A stretch of 64,000 nt of DNA from Chrysomallon squamiferum (Eukaryota; Animalia; Mollusca). Position 1 is the first letter of the stretch, and every line of letters starts with the position of its first letter. A model generated the notes under the pieces. It made no database searches and had not been told where the DNA came from. It was given only the letters and a program-made list of their open reading frames with translations. The translations under genes were made by a program, and so were the position numbers. The stretch covers positions 4,092,001 through 4,156,000 of the forward strand of contig CM022675.1 of NCBI GenBank assembly GCA_012295275.1. The letters are read 5' to 3'. Below are positions 24,258-39,947 of the stretch, piece by piece.

Positions 24258-26743
24258 AAATAATTTATTTTAATCTTATGAGTTTCACGTTTTTGCTGAC
24301 TATAAATACATCAAGGTCGATTTGTAATAAAGGTACGGGTGTATAATAATGATTTACTTATTCGCTTTCATTATGCAAGAGTGCATCCAAAAAACATTGC
24401 TTGTTTTATAGTTATAATTTATTTCAAGGAAAGGTTCTAAGGTCGTTGTATTAGATAAAACAGATATTTGGAAATCTAGACAACTGTTCGTTATATACTT
24501 ACATTGCCAGAAGTGAACTTTATTTTCCCACCTTTTTTCTAATTTATTATTATTGCTACTGCTGCTGTTATTGTTATTGTTGTCGTTATTGTTTTATCAG
24601 TAGTTAGTGTGTTAATGTTTTAGGAAGGTACTGTTTTATAGTAAAAATAACACGACAACAACGACGACGCCATAAAACATTAAAAAAAATAGCACGAAAT
24701 GTTGTCGTTGTAAAACATCGTCGACGTAGTCCCGGCAGAATATGTCAGTAAATCCGGTCTACTGGATAATCCGTTATGAAAGGATTAGTGTTAATGTATT
24801 TGCCCGTTCAAACATGACCGATGTTTACAACGCCGGACAGTCATACAACAACAGAGAAGTGGTCAAAAGGAATGGCCAAGGTGTGCCTTTGGTCACCACA
24901 AACTGGTCCAGCCAAGCCAGTTTGACCAGGGGCTACTTAGTCAAGGACAAGAATGACAACGGTCGACAGTACTAACATATGGAACAATAGACTTAAAGCT
25001 GAATGAGATATTCACACACCGTGTACTCGACAAAGACCAAGATATTTGGTCAAGAAAGAATTTTTCGTTCAACCGAACAGTATCAGTCTGAACTGTACGA
25101 CTGACCAGATACAGGAGAACTGTACCGTGGACTACAGGCTGCATTACAGAGCATGTCGATTCCTTTCATATTTTAAACTAAATCCTCGTCATATTGATTT
25201 GTTTCACTGTAAGACATAATTCATTAAACAGAGGTGTGGTTAAATATTCTGAGATGAATTGCAGGGAAAATCCGGGTATGACTAAACGTGATCGCTATAT
25301 TTTAAAAGAGAAAAAAACCGGACTTCGAAGAAATGAAAAAAAAAAAAAAGAAAAAAAGAAAAAGAATTGAAACGTCGACATAAAATGCATTAAGTTACAG
25401 ACTTGGGTGCAGATATGTCCTCATTATGCAAAACAACACCACAGACACCTAAATAATTCACATATAAAAATGTATGGCTAAACATAAATTCATTTCTTTT
25501 TTACCTCCGTACTGGATTTCTAATAGACATTTTGAAAACACTAATGGGACTTTTTAAAATTCAGAACGTAAAGCTAACTTGTACGTATACAAAATGGTGA
25601 AGTGTTACATTTATTTTGTTCACGAAGTTCATATGTTTTACCAAAAAGACATTTGCCTAACTTAATTCTAAGAGCGTTTTAATGTTGTTCTAAAAACCAA
25701 TGTTGGACATGTACCTTGTACACGGCTCTTCGGTAATAATATATCAAATCTTTAAAAATATATTAAAAAAACCCAGTTTTAATGTGATAACCTAGCAAAA
25801 AAAAAAAAGAAAATAGTAATAACATTGTAAAAAAAAAGAAGACGGAAAACCAAAACAAAACTAAGCATGTTGCTGCTTGAATTATAAAAATTAAATACTT
25901 CAAGTGAAAGAAGCTGGTTATGTTTTTAACGTGATTTAATAAAAAAATGTTAAATGTGTTAAGCTGCTTACGTATTGCATTTCAGTGTAATATTAACAAA
26001 TTTATTAAAAATGTAACAATAACGCAGCGTCATAACATGAAACGTACGTTTCAAAGTAGCACATTTACAAACGTCATATTAAAACAGAGAACTGTTGATT
26101 ACGTTGTACTGAACATAGAACTTGTGACGTAGCGACACCATAGTGATTTTAATACGTCAGTCGTATTGCTTTAATCATATTAAACTTTCCTAAATTATGA
26201 CAACGTTTAAACGATACGTTAATCAGTGTATTACTTCGATATCATTACAGTATTGTACATTTAACTTCACCAGCGTTACCATACTTTTTTAAATATACTT
26301 TAAACAACGTTACAAAATCTACGTTTAAACTTAGTTCGTTACAAAGTCTAACATTTAATATTAACTCATTACAGTTCTAACTGTTTTATCTTAACCACGT
26401 CCAGTCTCAAAAGCGTTACATCACGAACTATGTTACTTTTGATAACGTTACAAATCAAACGTTTTATATATGTAAGTGTCATTTACCAGCACGTTTGTAT
26501 ATCAAGTATATTAACTCGGCTTAATGCAGATTCTTTATGATTACTTTTCATTGTAGCTAGATGAGATTATTACTCTACTGGCGTGTATTAGGAGATAAAG
26601 TCTAGAAGAAGAAGAAGAAGAAAGTAAATAACTAATAAAGGAGGTTTTATGTTTTCTTCTCGTACGTTATTTTTTTTATTAACTTTTCAAACTGACATTT
26701 TCATTTCTTTTCTTTTTAAACTTGTTCATCTCTCTCTTATCTT

Positions 26744-26843
<100 letters not shown>

Positions 26844-27574
26844 GATTATTATTCTAAAATTAATCAACCACTTTTACATATTTAAAATAATGATTAACTG
26901 ATCAATATTATTATTAATTTTTTTCTTTATCAGAAATGTGTATAAGCTGTACTCACTGCGTCTCATGTTTTCTCTGTTAAGTATCCAACAATCTCAGTAA
27001 GTTTTTTTTTTTTATAAATTGTAAATAAATAAAATAAAACGGGTAGAAAAGTTTCTCTTTGCGATAAGTCCGACCAGCGGCTATCCTGTCTACAGGAGAG
27101 TTTAATTGAGAAAACACAAAATCCTCCGTTTCATTCGTTCTGTCTGTGCATGCTTGGCTTACCCTCAATACCCCAATGAAAGGCGGACGTCTCAATAAGA
27201 CCCTATACCACGTGCCGCCTACCCGTACCTGTGAGATGAGGAGGTCAGATTCTGAGCGAGTATTGAGAAGCTCGTAACTGAGTCCAAAGCTTAGCGTGTT
27301 TACTGTTTATCACTCCTGCTGAATTATTTATCGTTCCGAACAGAGCTCCATAAATTTAAAAAAGAAAGAAAAAAACAACAACACCAAAAGACCTGAAATT
27401 TTAACTGATTGTTTTTTTGTTTTTTTGGTGTGTTTTTTTTGGGGGGGGGTTGTTTGCATTGTATTTATTTCTTTATTTCTTTATTATTATTACTATTGTT
27501 AGTATAGTAGGAGGAGGAGGAGGAGCAGTGTACGAAATAGTAGTAATAGTAATAATAGAAGTAGTAGTAGTAGT

Positions 27575-27622
<48 letters not shown>

Positions 27623-28420
27623 AATCAGATGACGTGATTTGTATTCAATTTCTACTGACTGAAAAGATTAGCTCATTGTGCGCCAATAGCGAGTTTTATT
27701 TTTCTCATCTCTTTCTCTCTCTCTCTAAAAATAAATGTGAAAATTATTGTACCGTATCAAAGTCTTTTATTTACTTTAAAAGTTATAATAATTAATAAAT
27801 AAAAAAAAAAAAATAAATAAAAAAAAATAATAGATCACTGCTCGCCGTTAAACTAAGATCGGCGCGTGGCAGTAACAGCTAACTATATAAGTAAAGCAAC
27901 AATATTATATTTACGATTAGATGACGTAAGTAAGTAACCTGCAATATGATTGGATGCTGTTACTTACAAGACCTATTATTTCATTGGTTAATGCAAAGTA
28001 CTGCCATTTTTTTCGATTGGCTGATATTATGCAACTAATTTTTTTTTTTTCTTTCTTTTAAAATTCTTCATCGATTTTCTTTCTTTCTTTTATAAAAAAA
28101 ATAAAATAAAATAAAATTATAAAAATAAACATGGCGGCAGTTATCCATCCATGTAAAACGAATTCCCGCCAGTAAATGAAATGATCTGAAAAAGAAACAG
28201 AAATCTCTATCGGAAAGGATAGCAAAGCTAGAGAAAAAGCCGCAGTAACTTTGTTTTTAAATATACATCTAAATATACGCTTATCTTGTGAAACGTCTAA
28301 GGAAGACGATGATTTGGAATGCTAGGATGGTTTGTCTGAAAGGCTAGCCAGATTTTATTTATTTGAAATTTACCCAAAACTAGATTGTTTCGGTGAATCT
28401 TTATTTCTTCTGTTCTTTTT

Positions 28421-28459
<39 letters not shown>

Positions 28460-28929
28460 TTTACATTTAAACTTTCTTATTTTAATTAATTTGTAACGAT
28501 ATAGATATTGATTTTTTTTTTTTTTTTGTTTATTTCATTTAATTATTTGCATTTAACGTTTCTTATTTTAATTGAATTATAATAATTTGGTATTCCTTTT
28601 TTTTTCTTATACTGTCTGTTTTCTTTTGCTTTCTTTAATTTATTCCTTCATTTATTTCAATTTAATTGATAATATTTAAACTTTCTTATTTTAATTTATT
28701 TGTAATAATCTAAATAGTCATTTTTTTTTTTTTTTTTCTAATAAGTCACTTTTGTTTTAATTTTTTTTTTTTTGTTTTTGTATTTTGTCTTCCGTTATTA
28801 TTTACATGGGAAATAGAAAAATAAAAAATATATATAAATCAGTAAATTTCAGAGATAATGCTCTGAATCTGACACAAACATAATAAGGACACTTTGTAAA
28901 TGACCACAAATATTCTTCTTTAGTATTAC

Positions 28930-29110
28930 AATCATAGTTCAGCGGACTGGTCATGTTTTACGGGGTAACAGGTTCAATCCCTGTCATCTCTCTAATTAAA
29001 TTATTTCCCGTTCTAACCTCCAGAGCTCTGCGTTAAAGACAGAAACTGCATGTTAAGAACACTTTGCGTTAAACTAATTCAGTAATCTAGTATTGGCGAT
29101 AGCAAGTCAG
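28930..29110 (+). mobile_element. Degenerate SINE-like element
   Basis: B-box-like GGTTCAATCCC followed by the shared core ATTTCCCGTTCTAACC (29003); ends in (TCTG)n. Confidence 0.4.
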
Positions 29111-29400
29111 TCTGTCTGTCTGTCTGTCTGTCTGTGTCTGCCTGTCTGTCTGTCAGTGAATGCGTCTGTCGGTATGTAGAAATCCATGTCCGATTTCTGA
29201 TGCACTTAGTAGATTGATACACTTACTGATACACTTAGTGGATTGTTTCTGGATTTAATAATTAGCCTACTTGATAAAGTCAAACATGTTCTGCCAGCGA
29301 CGAAACAAAAATATCTTTCATTCTTTTTTATTTACATTTATTTTAATTTTTATATTTAAAAAACGACATTTTTCTTCTTTCCCCTCCCCTTCTTCTTCTT

Positions 29401-29466
<66 letters not shown>

Positions 29467-29671
29467 GTTGTGGTTGCTGTTGCTATTACTATTATTTATT
29501 TATTACTGTTGTTAATATTAGCAGTGGTAGTTGTGGTGGTAGTGGTGGTAGTGGTAGTAGTAGTGGTGATAGTAGAAGTAGTATCAGTCAAGGTGGTTAG
29601 GATTCAACAGCCTTTGGGAAGGTATATATGAAAAATGTTTTGTTGCTGATTGAAAAGGTTAGTGGTTTTCG

Positions 29672-29770
<99 letters not shown>

Positions 29771-30691
29771 AAAATAAATGTGAAAATTATTGTTAATTTC
29801 AATATCGTAAATGATAATCTATTAATATCATTTTTTTTTAAATGTAATAATAATAATAATAATACATTTGTATTTTATCTTATCTTATCTTATCTTATCT
29901 TATTATTTTAAGATATTAACATTTAAAAAAGTTAATATTTATTCTCCACATGTTGTTTACACAGATATGGAGTGATAATACTAATTTTAATTTAAAAAGA
30001 AGAAATATACTTGTATCTATGAAAAAATAAATTAAAATTCAGCAGTCGTATATAACATTTTTAAAATTAAAAATTAACTGATTTTCATGTTTTAAACTTG
30101 AAGTGTATTATGCTATACTTCTGCTGTTGATTAATAGCTTCTAGTTTAACAGTACAAAATGTCTCATTTTGAAAGTTCAGTTTCTTTGCATTAAGTTGAC
30201 TGTTTATTTTATTTATTTAGAATTATTTTGTTTTATTGTGTTTTATTTTATTTTGTTTTAATTTATTTTGTTTTATTTTATTTTGTTTTATTTTATTTTG
30301 TTTTATTTTATTTTGTTTTATTTTATTTTGTTTTAATTTATTTTAGATTTGTTTAGTTTAGTTTAGATTGTTTGTTTGTTTGTTTTGTTTGTCTGTCTGT
30401 CTGTCTGTCTGTTTGTTTATCTATGTACAACAAAATAAAATAAGTAAATAAATCAATAAATCAATAAAATATAATACTTTTCTTATAATATTAGCAGCTT
30501 ACTTCTGAATATACAAGAACACTTTTGTTTGTGTGTTTTATAAAGAAGATGATTTTAATTCAACAAAATGATGATGATGACGATGAATTAAAAAACCTGT
30601 AAATTAATTTATACATTTATTTAAATTGTATCAGTTTTTGACAACAGAACAAAAAGCAATATGATAGGGAAAAAGTTCAAAAAAAAGAAAA

Positions 30692-30738
<47 letters not shown>

Positions 30739-31270
30739 GTAAGTAAATAAGTAAATAAATAAATAAAAATAACAATATGCAAAATAATTTTTAAAACATC
30801 AACTGCTATTTCTTTTTCTTTCTTTCTTTCTTTTTCTTTTTTTTTCTTTCTTTCGTTCTTTCTTTCTTTTTCTTTTTCTTAATAATATGACGAAAAAATA
30901 TTCGAGATATAGACAATCGAAAGAAGAGAAAATATAAGAAATAAAACCAAAAGAATATCAACATCTACAACAACAACGGCAAAAAGAAACAGTGAATGTC
31001 AGCAATATATATGTGTAACATCAACGACAAGAAACTGGAGAAAGAACTTTACAATAAAAAAAAACGAAACAACAAAAACAACGACACTAGAAAAGCAACA
31101 AAAACAAGAAACAAGAAATGCGACAGCAACCACAAAAACGACGACACTAGAAACAACAACAACGATGACACAACAAACAGCTACAACGACAAGAAGAAGA
31201 AAGTGGCAACGTCGTTGAACCTAAAAACAACATCAACGATGAAGACAAGAATGATAACAACAATGACAAC

Positions 31271-31403
<133 letters not shown>

Positions 31404-31867
31404 TAATCAATGAAAAAAACACATATAAGAAAATGCGTCTTAGTTGAAGAAAAATGCTTTTAAATAAAAATAACAATAATAATAAATAAGTAAATAAAAA
31501 GATTCACGAAGTTAAATTTCTGGAATCTCCTTTATTTTTCTATTCTAATGAAAATTTTATGAACACCATGAAGGAAGAAAAAAAAGAGAAAAAATCCAAG
31601 CTAAACTACTTGAGAAATCGTTTTAAAAGTGCATAATCTCTTGCGTCAGTAGGAGATGACTTGGTAATTATTCAGTTTTCAGCTCAGATTTAGGGTGTGG
31701 CTTGACAACACCTGTCTTATTGTTTGAGTTATCTTTTTAATGTTTCGTTTCTCAAAGCAGTTCTGTTGAAAATAACTTCAAGAACAATGAAAAGAAAGAA
31801 AGAAAAAAAAAGATTCATTGAATGCTGCAAGACATAACCCCCCCCCCCAAACCCCACTTCGGTTGCT

Positions 31868-32862
<995 letters not shown>

Positions 32863-33487
32863 AGACATTTTCCGCAGAGTTAACATAATAGTGATATAAC
32901 GAAACTGAGATCAGTTAAAAGAAAAATTTCAAATTTCAAATTATTTGAAATTACAAAACATAAAATAACAACATTCTGTACTCGTCTGGGAGAAGAAAAA
33001 AAAGAAATGTTTTCTTAAGTATTTTAATTTTTAAATTTTATTATCATATGTTTTTACGTTTAACATTAACATGATGACATTCAAAGCAGGAAGAAAGCTC
33101 ACTGCTGATATGAATATTTTTTTGTGTTATAAGTTTGAATTAAGGTGTATAATGTATGCATGTATTTCTATATGTCTGTGTGTGTGAGTGTATATATATA
33201 TTTTTTTATGTATTAATGTATGTGTATATGCGTTTACGTTTGTGTGTGTGTCTGTGTGTCTGTCTATGAATATATGTATGTATGTGTGTCTGCGTATGAG
33301 TCTGTGTGTGTCTGTGCGCGTGTATATGTGTATGTATGTCTGTTTATCTGGGTGTGTCTGTATGTCTTTGTGTGTATATGTGTGCATGTGTGTGTGTAGG
33401 TGTGTGTGTGTGTGCAAGCTATTTTTTCTTTCATATGCACTTCTTATACCGAAATATTAAAATACTTTTTAATAATAATAATAATAA

Positions 33488-33518
<31 letters not shown>

Positions 33519-34078
33519 AAGAAGAAGAAGAAGAAGAAGAAGAAGAAGAAGAAGAAAGAAAGAAAGAAAAATAAATTGTTTAATTTGCGCGAAACGAACA
33601 CGTGGTAATCGTAACGTCCAAAAATCCTCGCTGTCGGGTTACAACTTTATTATTAGCAAAGATCTGTTGACAGCCGAACAAGAAGAAAAGTTATTTTCAG
33701 CGATGTCCTCGACTCAGTTTTAAATCTACGATCATACGTCAGCTCGTGAGAAAGGAAACCCACTGTTACCACAAAATGAATACATTAGGAGCACTTTTAA
33801 AATATAATTAAACTCAGTTTTTGGCCCAGTCAGGGGGCTAATTGCTTAGACGAAAGCAAACTTAATGAATGCCCCTGATAAATACTGAGTCACTCGGCGA
33901 AGTTGAATTTATTTGTGTCGTAATCGTCCAACCTTTAAATTAACAAAAGTAGAAATAAGAAATAGTGGTAGGAGTAGTTGTAGTTGTAGTAAAATATTGA
34001 CATGAAAATCTATATCCCTACCATCGTTGATGTTTTTCGTCTCATTATTTTTTTGTTATATCTGGAAACAGATATATA

Positions 34079-34114
<36 letters not shown>

Positions 34115-34254
34115 CAAAGAAAAAAGATAGACAAGTTATTTGTAAACAGATATACACTTTAAGAGAAAATATAATTATAGAAGTTTAAAAATCCTGCATT
34201 CTTACTTACATACACAAAAAAATTGTTCACACTTACATGTATTCATACTTGCTT

Positions 34255-34316
<62 letters not shown>

Positions 34317-34324
34317 CACATCTT

Positions 34325-34480
34325 GATAGCCGAACGGTATCATTTTCCGCCTGCTTAGTGCGGACGATTGGGTGCTGTTCGTTCGAGTCTCGTCAGCGGC
34401 ATCTGACGGGTTTGTGACGTCGTGATTAGACTTTGTCCTCCTGCGCCAGTGCGTTCCCGAATATTGTCTGTGTGCAGAGT
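34325..34480 (+). mobile_element. tRNA-derived SINE head remnant
   Basis: A-box-like TAGCCGAACGG and B-box-like GTTCGAGTC at Pol III spacing; GC-rich island; I could not fold a cloverleaf. Confidence 0.35.
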
Positions 34481-35231
34481 CTAATCTAAGTACATAACAT
34501 AATATTCAGTCCTAGTTACGTACGTTCGTACATCAACAGTATTATTATCATCGTCATGGTCATGGTTTCTTTATTTTTTTTTACTATTACACACCCATAT
34601 CTCAGGTTACTTAATACAAAACATTTTCAAAGTCATCACAGGCTTATTTTTTACATCACATCTAAATTACACCGAGGTGCGTAAAAATAGAAAAAGTTTT
34701 CACGATTCACCCAGATAGTTTCTGTCTAAGCCCGCTCACTTTAGAAATCATCAGCCTAAGTTTTCACAGTGAGCGGTTTCTTTTCACAAACAGTAAACAC
34801 GTTTCTCTGATCTTTGCGTCGATACGACGTCATTTTTTTTTTTACATCACTGATTTCCAATGTACACGACCACGTCCTCTCAATACATTGAATACATCGA
34901 CGCCAGTTTTTTTCTAAATGCCGCTTTATGACTGCACTGTGTGTGTTTTGAAGTGGTGAGACAAATAAGTCAGTGTGTGTGTTTATAGATCTCTCTTTTC
35001 GCGTGAACAAATTCACGATTAAGCAGAAGAAAACAAGTTTGTTTTCAACGGTGAACGACGACTTGCTAAACGTTATAGATGTTTCTGTATGCATCTCCCT
35101 GTCGTTTTTTTTTTTTTTACAAGTATCTATTTTTCTGTCTGGCTGTAAGTATGTATGTATGTATGAATTTCTGTATGTGGATATGAGTGTGTGTATGCAT
35201 ATGTGCATATGTATGTATGTTAATCTGATTG

Positions 35232-35321
<90 letters not shown>

Positions 35322-35405
35322 AGATTGTTTCAACAAAAAACAAAACATTTATTTTTTTAATATCAATCAGTTTGATGTCTGGTAACCAACACACCGTATA
35401 CTAGA

Positions 35406-35475
<70 letters not shown>

Positions 35476-35856
35476 GAAATACAACGCGATAGATTCGATC
35501 CTACAGACTAGTGTATACTAGACAGGCGGTGTAACCAGTTAAGCTGGAGAACATTTTTTCTGGTGACCCCCCCCCGTCTCGTGCTAAAACGTGCAGCCAG
35601 TACAACATCGTCGTGATGCCGCCCCTTCCTTTTGCACACAACAACGTCTGCATTGTTTGACGTCTGCATCATCAACAACGATAATTCGACAGGACTGAAC
35701 AGAATGTCAACAAACTGCTGTGGTGCGCACAACAACAGCAATCGTGAGATCCGAGCTTCATTGACAAGATTTGTTTTATTCATGTGTAGGGTGTGTCCCT
35801 TGGAGAGACTGCGACTAATAACTGCTCAGGTATGAAGTCGGTTACGCTGGGTGATC

Positions 35857-36578
35857 ATTTAGGCGATGTTTTTTTTCCCGGTCCGGCGATTTGTCATAGA
35901 AAACTCAGAATAGAGAAAAAGTTTTTTTTTAAAATGCGAGTGTATATGTTTGCATAGTTTAGGCAATAAATGTACATGACGAAGGAGTTTGTATTCTTTT
36001 TATTTTTTATTTTTTATTTTTTATTTTTTCTATCTCTTTTTTTACCCCCTGCGTCTTCAAAGTTGTTTGAAATTTTAAATACCTGATTCAGGAAGAGTTG
36101 TATGTAAATTAAAGAATAATATTATTACCTCATGACTTAATGTTTAGAAATTTTTCGTTTATGCATAAATGTATCGAAATCTTATCCGGTTCTTTTTTTC
36201 CTTTTCTTTTTTTTTTTCTGTTCTTTCTTCTTCTTCTTTTTTTTTTTTTTTTTTGTTTGTTAATATTCTAAAATTTAATTTCACTGGTTTTCACTGAAAA
36301 ATATCTAAACATTAAGTCATGAGGTAATAATATTATTCTTTAATTTACATGCAACGCTTCCTGAATCAGGTATTTAAAATTTCAAACAACTTTGAAGAGA
36401 CAGGGGGTAAAAAAAGAGAAAAAAACAAAAGAAGAATACAAACTCCTTCCTCATGTCCATTTATTGCGTAAACTGTGCAAACATATACATTCGCATTTAA
36501 AAAAAAAACTTCTTTCTTTTTCTCTATTCTGAGTTTTCTATGACAAATCGCCGGACCGGGAAAAAACATCGCCTAAAT
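35857..36578. mobile_element. Long inverted repeat (foldback/MITE-like), arms 35857-36156 and 36296-36578
   Basis: ATTTAGGCGATG...CCCGGTCCGGCGATTTGTCATAGAAAACTCAGAATAGAG is the reverse complement of the 36520-36578 region; pairing continues for ~280-300 bp around a ~140 bp T-rich spacer. Confidence 0.85.
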
Positions 36579-37342
36579 ATACACAAACACAGACATACAC
36601 ACATACACACATACACATATACACATATAGACATACATACATACACATACATAGACATACACACACGTACACACAGACATATACACACACACAAAAATAA
36701 GTATTAATTACTACACGTCACGAATGTCTTTGACGTCGTGTTATTACCATAACATCTACAACAACAACACTTTTGTAGAAAGGTTTTATTTTCCTCTGAC
36801 AGCCGTTTTTTAAACTTACATCAATCTTTCTGAACACGAAATAACGCAGGGACAATCAGCATTTACAAATTACTTAAAGTATTATAAATATTCTTTTAAC
36901 GATAAAGCATTTTGTTTTCATAGCTGGTAGAGATTTATTCACAACGTATTTCACTGCTTGACAGGTATTATTCGATGTCGTCGTTTTGTTGCTGCTATTC
37001 ACTGATGACGTCGTTTCTCTGTAGCTTTTTTTATTCAACGTTGTTTGTTCAGTATTTGCAGTGAAGAAAGATTTTTTTATGTTCACGATATTTTCATACG
37101 AATCTTGTTTTCTTCTTCCTGATTCTACAACTGAATAGTGTAAAAGAAGCAGGCTGTTCTGTCGTTTCAAAGCGTTTTGGAAAAGTGCAGAAGTTTGTCA
37201 CTGGAAGGGAAGAGTGAGGAGGAAAAACTGGAAAAGTTGGAGGGAAAACGAGTGAAGAGACAGATCCTGAGAAAAGATAAAAAGAAAATATTAAAAGAGA
37301 GAACAATTTTTTTTTTTTTTTTTTTTTTGCTGTTGAAAGAAT

Positions 37343-37433
<91 letters not shown>

Positions 37434-37723
37434 AGAGAGAGGAGAAAGAAATAGATAAAGAGAGAAGAGAGAGAAACAGATTCAGAGAAATAGAGAGAGA
37501 GACAGAAAAAGAATTAGTGTGAGAGAATGATCGACATATAGATAGATAGAGAAAAACAGAGAGATAAAGAATGTTAGACAGAAAAAAGAAAAGAGAAATA
37601 GATTAAGAGTGGTAGAGATAGACAGAGAAATAGAAACAGACAGAGAGAGGAACAGACAGACAGAAAGAAAGAGTGAGACAGTGAGATAGATAGAGAGAGA
37701 GACAGACAGAAAGAGTTTGTGAG

Positions 37724-37810
<87 letters not shown>

Positions 37811-38029
37811 GGACAAAGTAAAAAAATGTGGTTCAAACACATTTCATTATTTCTAAATTTGTCAACAGTAGATGCTACTCACAAGTTTTAATGTTGTTTT
37901 TTAGTTTTTTTATTAAAAGATTTCTATCACGATTTTCTTCCAACATTCTAAAATAACTTTTTCTTATCTTTTTTTTTATATCTTTCTAAATTTAATTCAC
38001 TTCAGTGTTTGCTTTCTTTTCGTAAACCG

Positions 38030-38200
38030 AAGTGACGTCAAATGACCTGGCAGTGACCCTCATTGTTGATGTCCCGTGTCCGTCGGTCCGTCTCGCGCCA
38101 CTGCCTCGCCCCGTGGTTGGCTGGGTGGAACTACCCAGGTGGGTCTATTTTTAAGGGGGTATATAAACGGGTAAAATCTTTTCAAGCGTTGTTGCGATTT
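38030..38200 (+). promoter_or_regulatory. Candidate promoter/enhancer: CRE + GC-rich stretch + MEF2 + TATA
   Basis: TGACGTCA (38033), CTATTTTTAA (38145), TATATAAA (38160) in a GC/CpG-rich island. Confidence 0.4.
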
Positions 38201-38721
38201 TGCCAAGCCGTGACTGTAATCGTAACAAACAGAGAAATTGTCCAAAAATATTTACTTGTAGCGACACACAAAACACGGCCTATGGGTCCCAGGAATGTTA
38301 CAGGATGAGGTGTGGCCTGTTTGAAAACAAAACAAAACAAAAACAAAACAAATGCAAAACAAAAATGTCGTTCACTTTCTGAAATTGTTCACAGAATCTG
38401 TTTTATGCTATCTTGTTGAAATTTTGTTTCCACCAAAGAAGTCAGTTTATCTTAACTCTTTATTTTATTTTATTTTATTTTATTTTAGTTTAGTTATTTT
38501 TAAAAATATTTATTTGATTTGATTTGTTTTTCTTTACTTCTGTTTTGATTTAACACTATTTCAACTTACAATTTCTTCACAACAAATATATTTTAATATT
38601 TCATAGTATTTTAAAACTTTGTTTTTGTAAAATATAAATATTGTAAGTACAATCAAATGACGAAACTACAATATAAACTTTAAACTCTCTTTTATTTATT
38701 TATTTCTTGCTCACTCTCTCA

Positions 38722-38796
<75 letters not shown>

Positions 38797-39862
38797 ATTT
38801 CTTCAACAAAACAAAAAAGAAAAAAGAAAAAAAAAAGGTTTCTCACACTCTCTCTCTCAGTATGTCTGTCTTTCTCGTTTTTCCTTCTAGATAAAACAAA
38901 ATAAAAAATGTAAATAAATAAGTAGTAAAAAAATAAATAAATATAATAAAAATAAGTAATTAAATTAAGTAAAATACACTTTTTTTTTAAATTTCTCAAT
39001 AAATGAGAAATAAGTAATTTAAATCAAATCAAAAATATTAAATATATATATATATATATATATATATCTAATTAACTATAAACATATTTCATTTAAACAT
39101 AAGTCTACTTTTATTCCATTTCTGTAATCCTCTCAGATTTAATTACAGCAGTGAAGGATCTAGCAGTTGTTCAGATATGAATGAAACGAAATGAAATCGA
39201 CCTACGAAAGAACGAACATAAAATGAAAACGTTGCTGCTTTGAATCGAAAGCTTTGAGGGACAATCCATACATTAACTCTAAACTGCTATCTCTTTACAA
39301 ATTAATCGGTTAATCCGTGTTAACGGTTGTAACGGTAAAAAGACACTCCGTTACAAACAGAATGGAGGTCACCAAGGTCAACAAATATAACATACATATA
39401 TACGTTTTTTTATGTATACGTATATTAAGAATACAGATAATGTTGATCGCTGTTAAATAAATTTATAACGGTTAATGGTGATAACAACAACAATAACAAT
39501 AATAACAGCAATGAAATAAATAATGAAATAAATAATTAAGAATATTCATAATAATAAGAGCAACAAAAACAACAAACAACACCAACAACAGCAGCAACAA
39601 CAACAACAGTAACAGTCTGCCTGGGAATGGAGGAAGGATTTCACTTTATTCTTCTTCTTTTCTTTTCTTTTAAATGCAGAGGTTATGGTTAAGAAGAAAA
39701 AAACATTTGTGGAAAAATTTGTTTTAGAACTTTAACATCTGACTCATATAGCGTGGGATATCATGTATATCACATAACCTACCTGTCTTATACAATAACA
39801 ACACAACAATATATATATAATGTATGTGTGTGTGTGTATGCATGCATACAAACATATATATA

Positions 39863-39947
<85 letters not shown>

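Noticed and set aside
24720-25160. GC-richer island with a 77-aa ORF (24742-24975)
   Set aside because: No recognisable motif, splice sites or TIRs; could be a TE or viral remnant but needs BLASTX to say anything.
34325-34400. Possible tRNA gene (A and B boxes)
   Set aside because: No cloverleaf stems or poly-T terminator; treated as a SINE head.
35409-35469. ~60-nt poly(A) as a retrocopy tail
   Set aside because: No upstream ORF, polyadenylation signal or target-site duplication; long A runs are common throughout the window.
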